64,000 bases of DNA from Octopus bimaculoides (lineage: Eukaryota), in NCBI RefSeq assembly GCF_001194135.2, contig NC_068990.1, forward strand, positions 6,846,958 through 6,910,957, read 5' to 3'. Below, piece after piece: positions 54,025 to 64,000 of the stretch. A program made the position numbers and the translations under genes. The first letter of the stretch is position 1, and every line of letters begins with the position of its first letter. Below the pieces are notes generated by a model. That model had not been told where the DNA came from. It ran no database searches and worked only from the letters and a program-made list of their open reading frames with translations.

Positions 54025-54930
54025 TTTTCGTCTCACCGAGTATCTCAATCGCTTCTGAACTTCAAAGTAAAATGCTTGGTTAACAGTTTGACCAGGAGGA
54101 ACAAATTCTGTGTGGTCAAATTCCTTTGACATCGATGAAACAAATCAGCATCGTCTTGACATTGGATTTCACTTGATGCACTTTTTTTTTGGGGGGGGGG
54201 CGTGGTGACATTGAATGCTTCCATTGACTTGATTGCTGTTTCGTTTCTGGTTTGTAGCGGTAGCAGCAGCTTTCATCACCGGTGATGACATTCGAAAGAT
54301 GGTCCGCATCAACTTCCAGCTGTTCTTTCAGTACACGACACGGATTCAGTCGTGAGTGCTTTTGATCTTCCGTGAGCAAGTGAGACACAAATTTCGCTGC
54401 AACCGTTTTCATTCGGAATTCTTCGCTCGAAGGTCGTTGGCAGGATCTCCAGGACACACTAGTCATATCAACAAGTTCGTCAATTCCTCAGCAACGGTCC
54501 TCCAAGATTAGTTCATGAATTTCCATGATGTGTTCATTCGTTCGGGTGGTCGACGGTCGCCCTGGACCAAGTTGGTCTTCAAGCAACAAGTGACCATTCC
54601 TAAGGCGTGGAAGCCATTCGTAAACTTGTCTTTTGTCCATGGTGGCGTCCTTGTAAGCTGCTTGAAGAATGAGAACTGTTTTGACCTCGTTTTTCCCAGC
54701 AGCAGACAGAATTTCACAGAAGCACGCTGTTCCTTCGTTTCAGCCATCACAGAAATCGACGAACAGGGGAGAAGCACTGAAAAACATAGCAGTAGGACTC
54801 TAGTTGAGGACGTCCGTCGGCAGATCGATGTCTGAGGGTAGCATCAAGCGGCTTCCAGCGGTGGAAGTCAGAACTACAACTGGCTTGCTCCACACACGAC
54901 GTTTCTAGTTATTTTGGGGTACCCCATCGC

Positions 54931-54935
<5 letters not shown>
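54025..54935 (-). mobile_element. Mariner 5' half (TIR plus frameshifted transposase)
   Basis: MAETKEQRASVKFCLLLGKT.., VAAKFVSHLLT, VITGDES, KSNVKTMLICF, TEFVPPGQTVNQAFY. Confidence 0.9.
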
Positions 54936-54997
<62 letters not shown>

Positions 54998-55067
54998 ACT
55001 TATAATCAGCAAATACAGTTTTTAAATATTTCATTTTCATATCAACACTTTATTCTCTATATTACAG

Positions 55068-55147
55068 GTAAATCTAATATTTTTCCTGAATGTACTCTGC
55101 GTCTTAATTTGCCAACTCCGAAGAACAGAGGAATCTTTACAATACAA
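55068..55147 (+). CDS. Class B1 GPCR exon, end of TM5-ICL3
   Basis: attacAG acceptor and AA|GTAAGT donor. 80 bp: VNLIFFLNVLCVLICQLRRTEESLQY(K/N). Compare CRHR1 [29 protein letters not shown]. Confidence 0.92.
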
Positions 55148-57084
55148 GTAAGTAAAACTTTGTTAACCGAACACGAAAGTCACTCATTACGTGATCATGA
55201 CATCAAGGGCGAGATAATAGGCTTGCCTGAAATTTGTATCTTTATCAATGATATTCTTGTTACGGTTTGACTCCTGCTCATTCATCATAGATATTGTTAA
55301 GGAAAGTTAAATGAAACTTCTCTAATTGAGAATCACATATTTCTCGCTTAGTTTGTCCTTTTGGATTTATTTTCTCTGGAGAGAAAATAATAAGATGTTT
55401 ACTTCTTTGCATGACATTCTTTAGAAGATAACTGTCGTACTCTTAGTTGGTGACCATCAATGCATGATGTGTTGAAGATATGTGAAACATCTGTGTGATA
55501 GTCATCACACACTGTCATCAGAACTGGAGTCTGCGATCTGGTGCCGATTATTCCTTGTAGATATGTGTTCCTGGTAGCTTGGTGAACTGAGGTAATATGA
55601 AGTAAAATATTCTTCCCAGGATTATTTTGAAAGATCAAAAGTGAATTTGAAATAATGATACAAAACCAAATAGTCAAATATATTATCAACTGAGGTAATA
55701 TGTTCCATGTACAACGTCACCTATAACCTTGACAAAGACCTGAACGTTTTGTAACAATTTGTTTTCTCCTCCACTGGAATGAATAGGCTTTACTACCTAA
55801 CGAAGAATCATTTGTGCGCAAGGAATATGGTTATTTTTCTTCTATAATCCATGCATTGAGATCGTATAACTTGCTTTCTCACGAATATTACTACCAACAT
55901 ATAAAGAATATTGATTGATTAAAACATTTTCGCACAAACTCTCTTACTGTAAATTATTGATTTTTAACGTTGGCGGCAAGCCACGTAGTGTTAGGAAGGT
56001 ATGGTTAATTACATCGGCGCCAGTATTGACTGGCCTTCTTCGGTCGAGATACGTCGGGCTCGATGAAGGACACGTCACTTACCCCAATGATTATAGGATT
56101 TATTTGGCATTACTCCATGATTATGTCTTTCAAAACAAATGATACCTGTTGTTTTATTTTGTCATACTTAGCCGATTAACAACATTAGTGTTTTCTTAGA
56201 ATTAGTGTACAGTTTCATACTAACAGTAATTCGGTTGTTATGTTAATTTCCTATGATAAAACAATGTGAAAAACTTTGACGATATTCATAGGCTTTGTGG
56301 GCAAATCTACTAACGATCGAATGAAACAATTCTCGGTCTCTGGGGAGGACAGGACCAAAACCTAAAGGCAATATCACAGACAGTGGAGGGATATTCCAGC
56401 TGGATCTGGTCGAGGAGGAACAAAAACTATCTCCATACCGTTTGAAAGCAATATTTGTGTGTTTTAACGTAACCTTGACAACAAAAGTTGTTTCTTATTT
56501 AAGTATAATTTTGAAAGCAGTTGTCAACGGTGAAGAGTTCCAGCTACATGAAATCTGTTATGCAAGTGGCTAAAAACTGTCAACGGACCTGGATGGGGCC
56601 ATCCCCCGTTAGAATGCAAGAAGTTAAGCCCCGAAACACTTGCCTGAGGGTGATTTCTTCTCTGAAGACCTTCCACTGTTCAGCTCTCTTGAGAGTTCCT
56701 TACCACTAAAACTGATCAAATCTTCTATATACCTATACTAATACTGGGTAAACAAAACTATTGATATCCCTGATTGGTCAATTTATCCTTGGTTGGTCAA
56801 TGGATTATTAAACATTACAAGACAATCAGTAATCAATGTAAGTGTCTAGGACAGTTAGTGTTCAATTGAAGAAATCAAATTGTGTTGAATGTTTCTATAC
56901 TAAACAAAATTCATAAATCTTAGTAACACACATATTTTATTAGTCACATATGTTCGCGTGAATAAGCAAATTAGTATCGAATTTATTAGCAGCTTCTATG
57001 AATCATTATCTTATTGCTTTATATTGATGTACATATATACATTCATACAGATGTGTGTCTATGTATATATGCATGAATCTATCC

Positions 57085-57129
<45 letters not shown>

Positions 57130-57769
57130 GCTAGCTATATATCTTTATATATATATATATATATANNNNNNNNNNNNNNNNNNNNNNNNNNNNNNNNNNN
57201 NNNNNNNNNNNNNNNNNNNNNNNNNNNNNNNNNNNNNNNNNNNNNNNNNNNNNNNNNNNNNNNNNNNNNNNNNNNNNNNNNNNNNNNNNNNNNNNNNNNN
57301 NNNNNNNNNNNNNNTGTATATATATATATATATACAAAAATTTTATAATTATATGCATAATTATAATTAGGGTTCAGCAAAATTGCTCCACCACATACCG
57401 AAATTTAGAAATAGCAGTTAAATACTATTCCACTACCATAAGATATCTCCCAGACAGAAATACTCCCAACTCACGCAGGCAAAGAGAAAAAAATAACGAA
57501 TCCACTCGGCTTTGATCAACTATATATGCATTTCTGGATTAAAGAGATGTAAACATCATTTTTACTCACTTCTTTCTGTTTTCAGTATGGCATTTCAATT
57601 ATAAATTTGAGAGTACTAATAATCAAAATATGTATTCGACTAAGAGCCAACGAATAGCTTATATCCAAACACCAGTACTTCCGAATTTATATAGACGAGT
57701 GAGAACTCGCATTCTTCCCCAATCACCCACGTGTGCTACGAGTAATCCCTATATTATTATTGATTATAC

Positions 57770-57811
<42 letters not shown>

Positions 57812-58402
57812 ATATAGAGACGTAATACACACACAGGTATACATACATACATACATGCATGCATACATACATACAACCAAAACAAACACATATACATACA
57901 TGCAAGCACGCATTCATACATGCTCATTGCAGAATCTTCTCGAATGACTGCCGCCTCCCTGAGCTTCGTTGTTGTTAATGGCTCTTCCGACCTTACGTAT
58001 ACGATCTCTCAGAGGATTATTCTGTCCTACTGCAAATCCGCATGGCTTGAATTATAGGTAACAGACGAAGCTGTAACTTCCATGGAATTAAACGGATCAC
58101 GTTTTGAGATATGATCCCCGTGAACCGCCAGACCTGAAATCGACTTGCCAGCCCTTTTGCACGCTATACATACCGATTCATCCGGTCTTAGCCACTCACC
58201 CGATCTTAGCCACTGTTGTTCCCAAGTCTGCTCTAACCTGGAGTAGTAGTAACTGTCAGGGTCTCAGTTATGGGTTTCCTAGCGTATGTGATGACACTCT
58301 ACATGAGTGCGGTGACTCAGAAATACCTCTGGTTGGTTTTAGGGTGCGCAGTAACACGCGAGTGAGGAACCGATCGCTGTTGCCACAATATCTTTCTAGG
58401 AC

Positions 58403-58437
<35 letters not shown>

Positions 58438-59110
58438 CACACGCACGCATGCACGCACGCATGCACACACATCAACACTTATATACATGCATAGAAATCA
58501 ACTGACTCGCACAAATACAAATACAATCTTTAAGCAGAATGGTCAAACTACACAAGACTTTTTCTCAAGTTTAAAATGTGACATTGTTTTCGCCATATGT
58601 ATTCCAGCGATGGAGCGTTGTATCTTTGTTAGAAACCAACAACTTCAAAGAAAGAATTTAGATAATTAATAATAGAAACGAGCATACATACATGCGAACC
58701 TACGTTTGTTCATAGCTTTTTCGATTTTAATTGAAAATTTATTCACATTATTGTTAAATGGTTGAATGTATGCTAAATGTTTTTTAGTTGAATCAGAGCA
58801 CTATTTGAAGTATATTTGCCACTTAAATGCGGCTGACCCCTAAGGGTGGATGTTACTGTTGCTTTTAGCCCCAGGAGAACATCTCATCCAGATGGCTATT
58901 GATCCATCTGTGTCCTGTCTGTATTTGCAAAGGGAAGTCATCCTTCCCATTTTGATCTGCGATACATACGGACTCGAGTTTCTGAGTATTTACCCGTCCT
59001 CAGCGCACGACAATCCCCGACCTTCGATGCGAAAAATGTCCCGATGCAAATACGTATTTGCAAGTTATGGAGACATAAACAATCTAACACCAGCTGTGTA
59101 ACGATAGTTA

Positions 59111-59159
<49 letters not shown>

Positions 59160-59827
59160 AACACGACGAACTTCTTTCAATTTCATTCTGAGAAATCCAC
59201 TCATAAGGCTTCGATTAGCACGAATCTATAGTAAAAGACACTAGCGCAAGGTGCCACTCTGCGGGGCTGAACAAGAAGCCCTATGGCTGTGAAGTAAAAC
59301 TTCTTACCACTCGAACACACATGCATCTGATAGCAGCAACCTGTATATCAAATTATTGCTGAACATTCCCTTAGTGCCAAAATATCATGAATTCAGTTGT
59401 ATGATTATCATGCTTGTTGAGATATAATTATACTCGAAAGTTTGTATGGATACCACACCCGAGCTGAAGAGCGTTTATTTGTATGAATATGTATATATAT
59501 ATATATATATATNNNNNNNNNNNNNNNNNNNNNNNNNNNNNNNNNNNNNNNNNNNNNNNNNNNNNNNNNNNNNNNNNNNNNNNNNNNNNNNNNNNNNNNN
59601 NNNNNNNNNNNNNNNNNNNNNNNNNNNNNNNNNNNNNNNNNNNNNNNNNNNNNNNNNNNNNNNNNNNNNNNNNNNNNNNNNNNNNNNNNNNNNNNNNNNN
59701 NNNNNNNNNNNNNNNNNNNNNNNNNNNNNNNNNNNNNNNNNNNNNNNNNNNNNNNNNNNNNNNNNNNNNNNNNNNNNNNNNNNNNNNNNNNNNNNNNNNN
59801 NNNNNNNNNNNNNNNNNNNNNNNNNNN

Positions 59828-59880
<53 letters not shown>

Positions 59881-61580
59881 CATACATACATATATGTACA
59901 CACACACACACGCACATATACACTCAGATACACACAGACGCAGGCATACACTTATATATACAAACAAATAAAAGGAAAAAATTGTATGGGGAAAGAATTT
60001 TAATATCTCTGTTGAAGTTGCAGCTGCTTCATAATCCACTCAAAATTACATCATGAACATCGATGGAAACGTATGCATTCGCACACAAATTCATATACAT
60101 ATATCTGTATACACATACACACACACACACAAATATATATACACACACACACACATGATCTATGCACACTAACATACACACACACACACACACACATAGC
60201 GATACTAATAACTTGGTATTAGAACTCAAGGCACATATGCTACAGAACAAAGCGTCTGTCGAGTACAAAGCGGTAATAAGAAATTAAAATGACAAAGAAA
60301 GAAGAAATTATATCATGAACTTCGTTAGCTTACAGCCATTTTTGTTGTAAGATGCAATGTACTCATTGTTGAATGCTTGTGAATCACGCTAGAAGCATCA
60401 AAGATGAAGTGCGATTTTATTTGGGAAAGCATTTACATATTCATATATACACAGAAAAGAATTGCCATCCACATAAAAAAAAGACCAAACCTACGTAGGA
60501 TATGTATGNNNNNNNNNNNNNNNNNNNNNNNNNNNNNNNNNNNNNNNNNNNNNNNNNNNNNNNNNNNNNNNNNNNNNNNNNNNNNNNNNNNNNNNNNNNN
60601 NNNNNNNNNNNNNNNNNNNNNNNNNNNNNNNNNNNNNNNNNNNNNNNNNNNNNNNNNNNNNNNNNNNNNNNNNNNNNNNNNNNNNNNNNNNNNNNNNNNN
60701 NNNNNNNNNNNNNNNNNNNNNNNNNNNNNNNNNNNNNNNNNNNNNNNNNNNNNGTATATATGTGCATTTGAATGTGTATATATGTATATATATTTTTGTA
60801 TTTATATGGATGTCTGTATGCATATCTCGACACGTATTTCTACATCCGGTCATGTGTATATGTCTGTCTGTGTTTGTGTGTATTTATGGCTGTGTATCTC
60901 TATAAATATTCCTGTACGATCGTTTATATCTGTATAATGGCTCATTTTCATATATGGTATACATGTAGTTATATTTAACTCAATATATACGTATACGTAT
61001 GTATATGTATGTGTATATGTGTACATATATATGTATGTATATGTATATATACACACACACACACACATATATATACATATATATATATACATATATATAT
61101 ATACATACAACGCCCACGCACACACATACACATACACACACACATATACTTATGTATGTATATATATCTATACGAACTTACCTGAAGGCAAGAAACACAT
61201 ATGAGGGCAGCAACGTCAAACGCCCTCATCCGCCAAATGACACATATCAGAGGATGTTTAGTGAAAATGTAGCAAAGTGAATGGCGGTTCCCCAGCATAG
61301 TTGCAATCCCCAGACTGGAATTCAATATATATATATATATGCCTGAGCAGGGGGTTGTGACTTGTCCCTGTAATTATAGCAGCTCCCATATGGACCCAAT
61401 TGCATGTGTATGTGTAGGAGAACAAATGAATGTTTAAACATGAGTGTCTTTATATGAGCTTACATGTGCTCCTAAGCATATATTTCTTTATGCCCCCACA
61501 CCTCTTTATTTACTTGCATGTTCACGCGTCCATGTAAGCATATACGTTTAAGTGCACCTCTCTGTATGTGTATGCCTGTC

Positions 61581-61611
<31 letters not shown>

Positions 61612-61615
61612 TTTT

Positions 61616-61756
61616 AAAATAACGTCGACCACTAACGTGGACAATTAATGCGCTAGAAATAGATCACATTTTGTGTCTATTAAGACCTAAAACGTTCTCA
61701 AAATGTGATCTATTTCTAGCGCATTAATTGTCCACGTTAGTGGTCGACGTTATTTT
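61616..61756. repeat. Perfect 58-bp inverted repeat with 25-bp spacer
   Basis: 61616-61673 is the exact reverse complement of 61699-61756. Confidence 0.95.
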
Positions 61757-62114
61757 TAAAATGTACCTTAATCCCCTGAGATTGCAGATAATATTTCTGA
61801 ATCTCTTTGATTCTTTAAATGTGCTGGCCCCCTGATAATTAATCGATATTAATTAATATATTAATATATGACTAATTACCAGATCTTATAATTATATATA
61901 TATATATATATATATAAGTATTTCTGCATATATTTATTATTATTATATTATTATATTATTTCTGTGTATATATATTAGGGATAAAAATCCAAATTTACAG
62001 GTAAAAACTCAATTAAATTCAATTTATCAAAAATTAAAATTAAATTAAGTTTCACAGTATATAATATATAAATATATAATTTAGAGAAAAGAACCATAGT
62101 TCATGAACTCTTCT

Positions 62115-62261
62115 ATGAAAATCCACAGTCACATATAGAAAAATTTAATAAGTAAATACACTAAAAGAACTATAATAAAATACAAAGTAATAATCATTAA
62201 AATAATTTATTTTAGTGTACTTACTTATAAAATTTTTCTATATGTTACTGTGGATTTTCAT
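62115..62261. repeat. 52-bp inverted repeat (49/52) with 43-bp spacer
   Basis: atgaaaatccacagtcacatatagaaaaatttaataagtaaatacactaaaa compared with the reverse complement of 62210-62261. Confidence 0.9.
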
Positions 62262-62359
62262 GTAGAAGTAATTAGGATTCAGTTGAATTAGTTACTTAAG
62301 TCGAAGCACCAAGTCAGTTTGGTATTATCCGACCAGCTCGAAGTGAGGTGAATAAAGTG

Positions 62360-63956
62360 AAAATAGGCAACAGGATATCAAGTAGTAATGCAGTACGATT
62401 GTTTCAAGCGGCTCCATTTAATTGAACAATGCAATCATTACATCAATTTAAATGCAGTGTTATCTTCAGCTGCACAAATTATAGAATTATTTAACAAATA
62501 GGACACATTAATATGATTTTTTTCTTAGATATTTTAACAGAGTAAGAAGATGAAAGAAATTCATGTTGTCGCTACTGTAGCAGAGTGGCTAAGAATAGAC
62601 TACAATTTCTTAGAATCTCATAGTGTATAGTGGGGCCATAGGGTTATGAGGATTGCAATTCATTTCTAATTTATTTATCTCTTTATCTCTTTCTCTTTTA
62701 AATCTGAGACTAGACGACTATGTCTATTTTGAATAAAGAACAAGAGTTGACTGCTCATGGCAAGGTATAATCATAAATATTATCATAGGTATTCCTTTTC
62801 CCCGAGAGAAAGGATATAAGGCATTAGGAAGAGTCAATTTGATAGAAGTAACTATCTATAAAAGAGAGGCAGATTAGGAGTAAACTGTAAATCATGGTGT
62901 TAATTACTAGTTAAAGGGGCAAGACACTAAAAAATATAGGATACTAATACAGGGAAAAAATAATTGGGAGCATGATGAGGGAACGTTTATAAACAATATT
63001 GTTATGTTGTATAAAATAAAATTTAAGAATTCCAGAATGATATCATAACCAAAATAGCTAAAAGGTATGTATCAATTATAAACGTTAAAAAGGAAGATTA
63101 TGTAGAATCTCTTTAAGACCCATTCTTGTACTTAATTAATAAATTATCTTTCCAGATATTGCATATGTAAATGCTTTGAGCAGTCTTTATAGAAACCACC
63201 TAAAAATTCATTAATTACGTACAAGAATGGCTATTAAACTGATTCTGCATAATCTCCCTTTTCAATGTTTATAATTGATACATACACACCTTTTAGTTAT
63301 TTTGGTTATGATATCATTTTGAAATTCTCAAATTTTATTTTATACAACATAACAATATTGTTTATAAACGTTCCCCCATCGTGCTCCTAATAAATTTTCC
63401 CTGTATTAGCATCTTAGGTTTCTTAGTGTCTTGCCCCTTTAACTGGTAATTAAAATCATCACTTAAAGTCTACTAATACCCTGTTTCTTTAGTTATAGAC
63501 AGTTACTTCTATCAAATTGATTCTTCCTAATGTTTTATTTCCTTTCCTATGATAATATTTATGACCATACTTAACCATGAGTTTACAACTCGCTCTTGTT
63601 CATTATTGAAAATAAACAGTCTTCTAGTCTCAGATTTAAAAGATGATAAAAAGATAAATAAATTAGAAATGAATTACAACACTTACAACCCTATGATCAC
63701 ACTATGCGCCGTGCGATTCCAAAATATTGTAGTCTATTATACACTAGCGAGAGCATGAATTTTTCCATCATCCTATTCTGTTAAAATATTTCAGAGAAAA
63801 TATATTAATGTGTCCTACTTTTTAAAAAGCTTTACATTTTGTGCAGCTGAAGATAGCACTGCATTTAAATTGATGTAATATTTGCATTGTTCAATTAAAT
63901 GGAGCCGCTTGAAACGGTCGTAGTGCATTACTACTTGATATCCTGTTGCTTATTTT
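62360..63956. mobile_element. ~1.6-kb foldback (palindromic) element
   Basis: Arm 62360-63145 aligns along its length to the reverse complement of 63205-63956, around a 59-bp spacer. No long ORF. Confidence 0.88.
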
Positions 63957-63957
63957 G

Positions 63958-64000
<43 letters not shown>

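Noticed and set aside
56516-56715. VVNGEEFQLHEICY, a possible RTE-type RT remnant
   Set aside because: The similarity is too short and degenerate to support a feature.

Overview
AT-rich, microsatellite-dense eukaryotic draft-assembly DNA with many N gaps. The SINE and simple-repeat landscape suggests an octopus (coleoid cephalopod) genome; this is inference. The only host gene found is a class B1 (secretin-family) GPCR of the CRF/DH44-receptor type on the + strand. Four exons splice in frame (8143-8296, 24885-24945, 34693-34762, 55068-55147) and encode TM3 to ICL3; the ORF track shows only the first. Everything else appears to be intron, filled with tRNA-derived SINEs, decayed R4/Dong-like RLE retrotransposons (one group at (TAA)n, another at (CATA)n), and CR1, Penelope and mariner fragments. 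The most unusual structures are a ~1.6-kb foldback palindrome (62360-63956) next to two smaller hairpins, a dispersed element carrying a minimal hammerhead-ribozyme-like motif (40547-40586), a 73-bp tandem array and a pre-miRNA-sized hairpin. No database searches were run; family assignments come from recognised motifs.
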